A stretch of 64,000 nucleotides of DNA from Myxococcota bacterium (GTDB lineage: Bacteria; Myxococcota_A; UBA9160; UBA6930), in the NCBI GenBank assembly GCA_028285625.1, contig JANQOX010000026.1:17825-81824 (forward strand), written 5' to 3'. The position numbers and the translations under genes were made by a program. The stretch's first letter is position 1. Every line of letters starts with the position of its first letter. The notes under the pieces were generated by a model. That model worked only from the letters and a program-made list of their open reading frames with translations. It searched no databases and was not told where the DNA came from. Positions 21,526 to 29,950 of the stretch are shown piece after piece.

Positions 21526-22278
21526 TCATGCGCCGCTTCGCCCGTCGTCGCGCTCGGCGAGGGCGAGCAGTGAGACGCCGAACGGGAGCGAGACCCGGCG
21601 CAGCAGCCACGCCTCGGCTGCACCGACGGCGATCAGCAGCCGGTTCAGCCCGTCGGGTACCGGCACGTAGTCGGCCTCGACGGGACCCTGCCGCGGCAGC
21701 AACCGCTGGAGCGGACGAAGGACGGCCAGCAGAGGGAACAGGTAGGACGTGAAGTAGGTGTCCCGGCTCACGCGGAAGCCGGCCGCGCGCAGACGCTCTC
21801 GGAGCGGACCGCGCCGGTAGCGACGGTAGTGGTCGACGGCCTCGTCGTGGTGGCTCCAGAGAAAGGAGAAGGCCGGCACCGAGACCAGCAGCCGCCCCCC
21901 GGGCGCGAGCACGCGGCGGAACTCGGCCAGCACGGCTGCATCGTCGGGGCAGTGCTCGATCACGTCGGTCGCCAGCAGCAGGTCGAACGAGCCGTCCGGA
22001 AACGGCAGCCGCCCGGCGTCCGCGTTGGCCACCCGCGCGTGGCCCTTGGCGAGCGTGTGGCGGACGCAGTCGGGCACGAGGTCGACGCCGGTGCACGGCG
22101 ACGTCTGAGACAGGCGGTCGAGCATCGCGCCGGAGCCGCAGCCCACGTCGAGCACGCGCACGTCGGGACCGAGCCAGCCCGCATGGACGAGCGCATCGGC
22201 GATGGCGTCGCGCGTGGCCACGAACCACCAATAGACCTGGTCGAGTTCGAAGACCCTCTCGCACTCGGCGACCTTCAC
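21526..22278 (-). CDS. Class I SAM-dependent methyltransferase
   Basis: YWWF, VLDVGCGSG, DVIEH, WSHHD..VDHYRRY; GTG start overlapping the upstream stop. Confidence 0.88.
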   Translation of the reverse strand: MKVAECERVFELDQVYWWFVATRDAIADALVHAGWLGPDVRVLDVGCGSGAMLDRLSQTSPCTGVDLVPDCVRHTLAKGHARVANADAGRLPFPDGSFDLLLATDVIEHCPDDAAVLAEFRRVLAPGGRLLVSVPAFSFLWSHHDEAVDHYRRYRRGPLRERLRAAGFRVSRDTYFTSYLFPLLAVLRPLQRLLPRQGPVEADYVPVPDGLNRLLIAVGAAEAWLLRRVSLPFGVSLLALAERDDGRSGA

Positions 22279-23198
22279 GCGGCCGGTTCGACCCGGCGGG
22301 CGTACACCGCCATCAGATCTCGCGGATCGACGTAGATCGCGCGCTCGGACAGCCCGAGTCGATCCCCCACGCTCGCCAGCGCACCCGCCAGCCTCGGGTA
22401 GTAGTGGCCGATGCGCTTCAGGAGGAAGCTCACCGTCACGTACTTGCCGATCGTGTGGACCCGCTCGACACGGAAGCCAGCACGCTCGAGGTAGCGGCCG
22501 AGGGTCTCCCGCGAGAAATAGAAGAAGTGCTCGTTGGGTTTGATGCCGATCCAACCTCGCCCGTACAGGCGGGCGGGCCAGCTGCCCACGTCGGGCGTGG
22601 CGAGAACCAGCAGCCCACCGACTTCGACCAGTTCGGCGAGCCGTGCGAGATCGGCAGCCGGCGCGAGAGAGTGCTCGATCATGTCCCAGGCGGTGACCAC
22701 GTCGAACCGTTCGGCAGCTTGCGGGTAGTCGGCCAGGGTGCCCGTGTGCACCGCGAGCCCGAGCTGGCCCCGCGCGGTCTCGGCGGCATGCGCCGACACG
22801 TCGATGCCTTCGACCTCCCAGCCGCGCGCGCGCGCGACCTCGAGAAAGAACCCCATCGCACAACCCACGTCGAGCAGCCGCCCCGAGCCGCGGCCGAACG
22901 CGCGCTCGACCTCGGTCAGCCGGCGTTCGAAGGTGCGGCCGATCTGGTCGCGCTCGCCTTCGTAGTCGTCGTAGCCGAGCTCCTGCGACTCCCGGCTGCG
23001 GAAGTAGTGCTCGCCGTAGATCTGGGCGAGATCCTCCGCACGAGGCTGGCGCCACACGTACACCAGACCGCAGCCTTCGCAACGCACGACGTCGATGTCG
23101 GGGTGGACGTCGTGCCGATCGGGCGAACCGCACAGGTCACAGCGCGCGACCTCATGGCGGGAGAGGGACGCGATCGCCTCCATCTCTTCTGCGCCCAT
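22275..23198 (-). CDS. Class I SAM-dependent methyltransferase with N-terminal CxxC zinc ribbon
   Basis: CDLC...CEGC, LLDVGCAMG, WDMIEH, HFFYFS. Confidence 0.88.
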   Translation of the reverse strand: MGAEEMEAIASLSRHEVARCDLCGSPDRHDVHPDIDVVRCEGCGLVYVWRQPRAEDLAQIYGEHYFRSRESQELGYDDYEGERDQIGRTFERRLTEVERAFGRGSGRLLDVGCAMGFFLEVARARGWEVEGIDVSAHAAETARGQLGLAVHTGTLADYPQAAERFDVVTAWDMIEHSLAPAADLARLAELVEVGGLLVLATPDVGSWPARLYGRGWIGIKPNEHFFYFSRETLGRYLERAGFRVERVHTIGKYVTVSFLLKRIGHYYPRLAGALASVGDRLGLSERAIYVDPRDLMAVYARRVEPAA

Positions 23199-23238
23199 GG
23201 TGCTCCCTTCGCCCTTGCGCCGGGTGCTCCCTTCGCCC
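23199..23238. repeat. 16-bp direct repeat GGTGCTCCCTTCGCCC x2 containing the minus-strand RBS
   Basis: Copies at 23199-23214 and 23223-23238; the reverse complement contains AAGGGAG just upstream of ATG 23198. Confidence 0.8.
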
Positions 23239-23422
23239 CAGCCGCACTGCGGGCCTCGGCCGCCAGCGAGCCGGGCAGGATCGCACAGGGCCCGAATGCC
23301 GGAAAGGTCGCCGAGTCCTGCATACGCGTTGCCTGCCCGTTGCGCAGGCGAATCGCGTGCCGCGATCTCGCGGGCGCGAATGCAGCCGGTCTCCTAGCCT
23401 GCCTGCGCCGAAGGGAGACCGG

Positions 23423-25051
23423 TTGTCGAACGTGCAACGCCCCGCGCCCGCGCTCTTGGTGGCGGTCGCGCTGGTCCTGCTCTCGATCGCGGCGCTCGTC
23501 CACCTGGACACGAGGCGTTACGCAGACCCCGACCTCTTCGTGACGCTCTACACCGGGCGCGAGATCGTCGCGACGGGAGAGCCGCCGCGGGTGGAGAGCC
23601 ACAGCTTCACCGCGGCGGGCGGACCCTGGCGGGACTACGAGTGGGTCTCGCGCCTCGTGTTCTACCGGGCCCACGAGTCCCAGGGTGCTGCGGGGCTCGT
23701 GGCGTTGCGCGCCGCCGTCGCGGTGGGCCTGTTCGCCGTGGCCGGACTCCACGCCCTGCGACTGGGCAGCGCCGCGGCCTTTGCGGCCGGTGTCGTATTC
23801 CTGTCGCTCTTCTTGCGCGAGTTGCTGCTCTTTCGTCCGCGCATCGCGACGTTTCTCGGGCTCGCCTGCGTGATGCTCCTGCTCGACGTGGGCCGGAGCC
23901 GTCGGGCCGCGCTGTTCGGCATTCCGCCACTCGTCGCGGTGTGGGTGAATCTGCATGCAGGCGTGATCGTGGGGATCGCGGGCATCGCCTGCCTCTTCGG
24001 CGAGAGCGTCGTTCGCGCCGTCTCGGATCGCTTCGCCGACGCGCTCCCGGGGTGGACGCGCGACCTGCTCGACGGGCCGACCGCCCCCATGGCCGCGTCG
24101 GCCGCACTCCTGGTCGCGTCCTTCCTGGCCACCGGCGCCAACCCGTACGGGTTCGAGCAGTGGACGGCGGTCGTGCACTCCTTCACGTCTGCAGGGACTG
24201 GGGGCAGCATCTCCGAATGGGTGCCGCTTGCGCGGGGTGGCTGGCGCGAGGCCATCTTGCCGAGCCTGCTGATCGCCACCGTGCTCGCCTCGCTCTGGAT
24301 CGGGCGCAAGCGAATCCCCCTGGGCGAGGCCGTCTTCGCGCTGGTGCTGTGCGTGGCATCGATCGCGGTGGTGCGGTTCGTGGCGCTGCTGGCCGTGGTA
24401 GGCGTCTTTCCGTTCATGCGCGCGGTGGCGACCGTGGCGCCCGGCCTGGCGCAGCGCCTGGGGCGCAGCGGGCAGGCCGTCGCCTGGACCGGGGCCGCCG
24501 GCGCAGCCCTGGTCTTCGCGCTGGTGCAGCGGCCCGTTCATCTGGACGTCCGCATGTTCCCCTCGCTCACACCCGTGGAGCCCGTGGCATTCCTGCAAGC
24601 CAATGACATCAGCGGCAACGTGCTCAACGAGTACGACTGGGGCGGGTACCTCGCGTGGGCGATGCCCGAGTCGCGCATCTTCGTGGACGGCCGCTACGAC
24701 ACGGCCTACCCGCCGGAGATCTACGAGGACTGGAGCCACTTCGTGACGGCGACCTACGACTATCCGTCGCTGCCCGACCGCTACGGAGCCGACGTGGTCC
24801 TGCTGCGCCGCATCCACGTGATCAACGCCATCCTCGATCAGGACCCGCGCTGGGTGCCGGTGTACCGCGACCCGCACTCCGCCATCTGGCTGCGCCGCAG
24901 CGAGGCCAACGCGAAGCACCTGGCGCGCTTCGAAGCCGGCACGCTTCGCGTCCCGGAGCTCTCGGACCGGGACTTCCTGCTCGGGCGGACGCCGCCCAGG
25001 CCGAGCGGCGGCGAGGCACGCGACCCCTCTCCGAGCCCGCCGCAGAGCTAG
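23423..25051 (+). CDS. Polytopic membrane protein, probable GT-C-fold glycosyltransferase
   Basis: Many TMs; DPD after TM1, W.DYEW, WVNLHAG, NPYG, EW.P, NEYDWGGYL.W, FVDGR; TTG start with GGGAG RBS. Function is inferred. Confidence 0.6.
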   Translation: MSNVQRPAPALLVAVALVLLSIAALVHLDTRRYADPDLFVTLYTGREIVATGEPPRVESHSFTAAGGPWRDYEWVSRLVFYRAHESQGAAGLVALRAAVAVGLFAVAGLHALRLGSAAAFAAGVVFLSLFLRELLLFRPRIATFLGLACVMLLLDVGRSRRAALFGIPPLVAVWVNLHAGVIVGIAGIACLFGESVVRAVSDRFADALPGWTRDLLDGPTAPMAASAALLVASFLATGANPYGFEQWTAVVHSFTSAGTGGSISEWVPLARGGWREAILPSLLIATVLASLWIGRKRIPLGEAVFALVLCVASIAVVRFVALLAVVGVFPFMRAVATVAPGLAQRLGRSGQAVAWTGAAGAALVFALVQRPVHLDVRMFPSLTPVEPVAFLQANDISGNVLNEYDWGGYLAWAMPESRIFVDGRYDTAYPPEIYEDWSHFVTATYDYPSLPDRYGADVVLLRRIHVINAILDQDPRWVPVYRDPHSAIWLRRSEANAKHLARFEAGTLRVPELSDRDFLLGRTPPRPSGGEARDPSPSPPQS

Positions 25052-25060
25052 GCTCTCGCC

Positions 25061-28000
25061 GTGGCCAGCCCGCCCTCCGAGCCCACCCCGCTGCCCGCAC
25101 GTCACGGCCGCACCGTACAGGCGGCCGTCCTGTTCGCCGACGTGCTCGGCTTCGGCGAGCTCGTCCGCGAACTCGGGACCGAGACCGCGTACCTGGTGCT
25201 CACCCGCTGCCTCCGTCTGCTCGATGGCATCGCGCGCAAGCACGGGGGCTCGGTCGACAAGTACCAGGGCGACAAGCTGCTCGCCGTCTTCGGCTATCCG
25301 GTGCCGGTGGAGCAGGCGTCGCGTGCCGCCGTGTCGGCGGCCCTCGAGATGCGCGAGCGCGTCGATGCCTACAACGCCGAACCGGACGTCCCGCTGCCGC
25401 TCGGGGTGCACATCGGCGTAAACACCGGCCCGATGGTGGGAGGCGACATCCACGGCCCCGTGGTCCGTGAGTTCCATGTGCTCGGCGACGCCGTGAACAC
25501 CGCGGCACGCATCAACGGCAAGGCCGCGCCGGGCCAGGTGCTGGTGGGCCCGCTCACCCATGAGGAGACGCGAGCCGACTTTGCGCACCGCGCGATCGCG
25601 CCACTTCGCCTGAAGGGCAAGGAAGCCCCGGTGCCGGCCTTCGAGGTGATTGCGGCGCGCGACCGTGCAACCGGAGCCCAACTCGGATTCGACACGCACG
25701 TGTTCGCGGAACGGGTGGGACGCGACGCGGAGCTCGAAGCGCTGTCGGGCGCGCTCGACGCATTGGGGTCGGGGCGCGGCGGGCTCACGACGATTCGCGG
25801 CGAAGAGGGCAGCGGCAAGTCGCGCCTGCTGCTCGAGGTGGCACGGCACCCGGCGCTCGAAGCGGTGGCGGTCTGGCAGGCCCGGGCGGGCCCGGCCATG
25901 GACCCGCTGCCCGAGGCCGGTCTGACGGAGACCGACCCGAACCAGCCCCTGCTGCTGGTGGTCGAGGACGCCCATCGCCTCGACACGCAGGGTCGCGCGT
26001 CGCTGGCACGGACCCTCACGCACGCCTCGAGCGACGCGCCGCGTGCCGTGCGCGTGGTGCTCACCCTGCGCGACGACGAGCCCGGGGCCGCCGAGATCGC
26101 CGCGCTCGCAGCCGAGGTGCCCGAAGCGCGCCGCCACGAGATCACGCTCGGCCCCCTCGCGGATGCCGAAGCGCGCGCGCTCGCCCATGCCTCCGCGCCG
26201 GGCGATGACCTCGACCCGGAGACCCTGGCCCTCGTCCTCGAACGCGGCGTCGGCAATCCGGGTCGGATCCTGATGGCGAGCTTCCTGGCACCGTCGCTGC
26301 GCTCCGAGCGTGCCCACGACGCCGGCCGCGAGCGCAGCGCCGAGGCCGAGCGGCGCCGCGCCTCGGTGCTCTTCGCCGACCTCTCGGGCTTCACGGCCAT
26401 GACCGAGCGCATCGGCGCCGAGCGCGCGTACCCGGTGGTGGCCGCAGCCCTCGATCTGCTCGACCAGGTGGCACGTGAGCATGGCGGAACGGTCGACCAC
26501 TACCTGGGCGACTGCGTCATGGCGCTCTTCGGCGTGCCCGTCGCGCTCGAAGATGCGCCGCGCGCCGCGCTGAACGCCGCCCTCGACATGCGCATCCGCC
26601 TGGCGGCACTGAACGAGCACCATGGAGCCGATCAGCAGCTCGAGCTGCACTGCGGAGTCGCCACCGGGCTGGGAATCGCGGGCGACGTGAGCGGGCCCAT
26701 GATCCGTGAGTTCGCCGTCATGGGCGAGCACGTGGACCTCGCCGACGCCATCACGCACGCGGCGGCCACGGGCGAGATCCACGCGGATCAGGAGACCCGC
26801 CTCGCGACGGAGTCCGTCTTCGAGTTCGGGCCCGAACGCCCGCTGCCGGACGACGCTCTGGCCACGAGCTTCGAACTGCTCTCGACGGCGCCTCGCCTGC
26901 ACCGGGCACGCATCGGCGCCGAACGGCGCGTGTTCTCGGACCTGGTGGGACGCGACGAAGAGATGTCGGCACTGCGCAGCGCGGTGGGGCGCGCTGCAGC
27001 CGGGACCGGAGGTGTCGCCTCGCTCGTCGCCGACGCCGGCATCGGCAAGTCGCGGCTGCTGGCCGAGCTTCGCGGCACGACCGAAGCGGAGGGCGTGACC
27101 TGGCTCGAAGGCCGTGCGCTGTCCACGGGCCGAAACCTCTCGTTCCATCCCATCGCCGATCTGCTGCGTGCGGCCGCCGGCGTGGACGACGACGACGGCC
27201 CGCCGGAGGCCCGGGCGAAGCTCGACGCGGCCATCGTGGGCATCATGGGCGAAGAAGGCGAAGACCTGCTGCCGCTGCTCGCCGGGTTCATGGGCCTGCC
27301 CATGCACCCGGGAGAAGAAGAGCAGCTCGCCGCCATGCAGAAGCGCAGTGCGGCCTCGGGCGACCCGCTCGAGTGGGTGATCCGCGCCGGACTGACGCGG
27401 CTGCTGCGCGAGGCGAGCCTCGCCCAGCCGATGGTCATCGTGATGGAGGACGTGCACTGGGCCGACCTCTCCACCATCGAGCTGCTCGAGCCGCTTCTCC
27501 GCCTCACCGCCGACTGCCCGATCCTGTTCGTGAACGCGGCGCGGCCGGGCTACCCCGACACCGCGGAACGCCTACGCACCTTCGCCCAGGAGCAGCTCGC
27601 CGACCGGCACACCGCCGTCCGGCTCGAGCCCCTCGACGATGGCGCGGCACGCGCGCTGGTACGCAACCTGTTCCGCGGCGGTGACGTGCCCCACCGGACG
27701 CGCGCCATGATCGAGGAGAAGGCGCAGGGCAACCCGTTCTACATCGAAGAGGTGGTGCGAGCGCTCCTCGATGCCGGGGCCCTGGTGCTGCGGGAGGGCG
27801 CCTTCCACGCCACCGAGCGACTGGACGCCTTCGAGATGCCCGGGACCGTGCAAGAGGCCGTGATGGCGCGCGTCGACCGACTGCCCCTCGCCCCCCGCCA
27901 GGTGCTGCAGGCGGCATCGGTGGTGGGCGGGACCTTCCACCAGGAGGTCCTCGAAGACCTGGTCGACGACCCGGCCGGGCTCGAGTCGTGCCTGGGCGAG

Positions 28001-29725
28001 CTCGAGGCGGGCGAGTTCATCGAGCCGACCGACCGCACGGCGGGCATCGAGTTCGGCTTCGTCCACCCGTTGATCCAGGAAGTGACCTACGACGCGCTGC
28101 TCCAGGCCCGCCGGGTCACCCTGCATCAGCAGGTCGCGCGCGCCACCGAAGCGCGGCTGGACGAGGGCGTCCCCGGATACCACGCGATGCTCGCCTACCA
28201 CTTCAGCATGGGTCGCGACACGGCCCAGGCCGAGAAGTACCTGCTGCTCGCCGGCGACGAAGCCGCCCGCAACGCGGCATCCAGTGAAGCCCTGCGCTTC
28301 TTCCAGCAGGCGGCCGAACTGTTCCGCGAATTGCACGGCGAGGGCGGCGACCCGCGTGTGCGAGCAAGAATCGAGCGCAACCTGGGACTCGCCCTGTTCA
28401 ACCGCGGCCAGGAGCCCGACTCGGCCGTCCACTTCGACGAGGCGCTCACCCTGCTCGGGGTGCGCGTGCCGAAGAACGCACTCGCGCTGAACGGTCGCTT
28501 CCTGCGCGACGTGCTCGCCGTGGTGCCACCGCTGTTTCGCAACCGGACGCGGAAGCGCCCGCCGGCCAGCGACGACGACCGCGAGCTCATCGACATCAGC
28601 TTCTTCCGAGCGCTGTCCCAGAGCACCGCCGAACCCACGCGCTTCGTGTTCGACTCGATGTCCACGCTGCGACGGGTGGCGCGCTTCGACCCGCGGAGCA
28701 TTCCGGAGGCGGGAGGCAAGTATGCCGGCGCCGCCGCCATCTTCAGCTACTCCGGCCTCTCGTTCGCCGTGTCCCAGCGCTTCCTGGCGGCGGCGGGCCG
28801 CATGATCCAACGCGAGGATGCCGCGGACTACCTCTACTACCGCGTGATCCGGTTCGTCCACCACTTCCTGTCCGGCGACTGGGACGACGCCCATGAGATC
28901 CCCGAAGAGATCGTGCGGCGCAGCCAGCGCGACGGGCGGCTCTGGGAGGTCACGACCTACCTGGGGCTGCTCGGCGAGAAGCGGTTGCGGCAGGGCGACT
29001 TCGAGGGCGTGCACGGCTGCACCCAGTGGATCCAGGAGATCGCGGACACCTACGAATACGACGTCGCCCGCTACAACGCGCTGGGCATGCCGGTGATCCT
29101 GGCCCTCGAGCAGCGGCGACTCGACGACGCGGGCGAGGCCGCGCGCCGCTACCAGGAGGAGAGCCCCCAGGAGCTGCTGCACCTGCTGGCCCTCGGCTGG
29201 CGCGCTGAGGCCGCGGCGCTGCGCGGCGAGCTGGAGTCGGCCGAGTCGGCGCTCGGCCGGGCCGACCAGATCCTCGAGGCGGTGGGCCGGGCCATCCCCT
29301 TCCACCGCGGCAGCGTCGATCATGCGCGGCTGCTCTGCGACGTCTGCCGCATCGAGTCCGAGGGCGCCCGCATCGGCTTGCGAAGGCGGGCCCGCAAGAG
29401 CGCCCGCGCCGCGAGCCGAATCGCCCCCAAGATCGCCTACCGCATGCCCCAGGTGCTGCGCCTCGAGGGGCGCTTGGACTGGCTCGCCGGCCGCCGCCAG
29501 CGGGCCCTGCGCAGCTACGCCGGCAGCCTCGAAGCGGCGGATCGGATGGGGCTCGCGCCCGAGCGCGCACGCACCGCCCACGAGCTGTCGCTGCGCCTCT
29601 CCGAGGCCGGGGGCAAGGTCGCCGGGCTCGATGCCCAGGGCCTGCGCGACGATGCGCAGGAACGCTACGAAACCCTCGGTCTTGCGTGGGATCTCGACCA
29701 GTTGCAGGCCGGGAGAAACCCCTGA
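25061..29725 (+). CDS. Class III adenylate/guanylate cyclase with two cyclase domains, two P-loop STAND/AAA modules and a TPR-like C-terminus
   Basis: LFADVLGF..DKYQGD..GDAVNTAARI; GEEGSGKS; LFADLSGF..DHYLGD; ADAGIGKSRL..EDVHWAD..GNPFYIEE; helical repeats. Confidence 0.9.
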   Translation: MASPPSEPTPLPARHGRTVQAAVLFADVLGFGELVRELGTETAYLVLTRCLRLLDGIARKHGGSVDKYQGDKLLAVFGYPVPVEQASRAAVSAALEMRERVDAYNAEPDVPLPLGVHIGVNTGPMVGGDIHGPVVREFHVLGDAVNTAARINGKAAPGQVLVGPLTHEETRADFAHRAIAPLRLKGKEAPVPAFEVIAARDRATGAQLGFDTHVFAERVGRDAELEALSGALDALGSGRGGLTTIRGEEGSGKSRLLLEVARHPALEAVAVWQARAGPAMDPLPEAGLTETDPNQPLLLVVEDAHRLDTQGRASLARTLTHASSDAPRAVRVVLTLRDDEPGAAEIAALAAEVPEARRHEITLGPLADAEARALAHASAPGDDLDPETLALVLERGVGNPGRILMASFLAPSLRSERAHDAGRERSAEAERRRASVLFADLSGFTAMTERIGAERAYPVVAAALDLLDQVAREHGGTVDHYLGDCVMALFGVPVALEDAPRAALNAALDMRIRLAALNEHHGADQQLELHCGVATGLGIAGDVSGPMIREFAVMGEHVDLADAITHAAATGEIHADQETRLATESVFEFGPERPLPDDALATSFELLSTAPRLHRARIGAERRVFSDLVGRDEEMSALRSAVGRAAAGTGGVASLVADAGIGKSRLLAELRGTTEAEGVTWLEGRALSTGRNLSFHPIADLLRAAAGVDDDDGPPEARAKLDAAIVGIMGEEGEDLLPLLAGFMGLPMHPGEEEQLAAMQKRSAASGDPLEWVIRAGLTRLLREASLAQPMVIVMEDVHWADLSTIELLEPLLRLTADCPILFVNAARPGYPDTAERLRTFAQEQLADRHTAVRLEPLDDGAARALVRNLFRGGDVPHRTRAMIEEKAQGNPFYIEEVVRALLDAGALVLREGAFHATERLDAFEMPGTVQEAVMARVDRLPLAPRQVLQAASVVGGTFHQEVLEDLVDDPAGLESCLGELEAGEFIEPTDRTAGIEFGFVHPLIQEVTYDALLQARRVTLHQQVARATEARLDEGVPGYHAMLAYHFSMGRDTAQAEKYLLLAGDEAARNAASSEALRFFQQAAELFRELHGEGGDPRVRARIERNLGLALFNRGQEPDSAVHFDEALTLLGVRVPKNALALNGRFLRDVLAVVPPLFRNRTRKRPPASDDDRELIDISFFRALSQSTAEPTRFVFDSMSTLRRVARFDPRSIPEAGGKYAGAAAIFSYSGLSFAVSQRFLAAAGRMIQREDAADYLYYRVIRFVHHFLSGDWDDAHEIPEEIVRRSQRDGRLWEVTTYLGLLGEKRLRQGDFEGVHGCTQWIQEIADTYEYDVARYNALGMPVILALEQRRLDDAGEAARRYQEESPQELLHLLALGWRAEAAALRGELESAESALGRADQILEAVGRAIPFHRGSVDHARLLCDVCRIESEGARIGLRRRARKSARAASRIAPKIAYRMPQVLRLEGRLDWLAGRRQRALRSYAGSLEAADRMGLAPERARTAHELSLRLSEAGGKVAGLDAQGLRDDAQERYETLGLAWDLDQLQAGRNP

Positions 29726-29950
29726 ACCGGGCGACCTCGGGGGGCCCCATGCACGGCAGCGGCCCTCGATGGCGGTACGGGTGCCGCAGAGCGTCACTCT
29801 TTCTTCCACGCGGGGCACGAACCCGTTAGCATCGGTGTGCGTGGCCGTCCGGAGGCCTTCGTCCGCCGGCGCGTCGCCCATACCGGCCGCCCACACTGGA
29901 CGGACGGGCCGCTCGTAGCTGCAGCTCACGCGCTGCGCGGATGAACCCAG

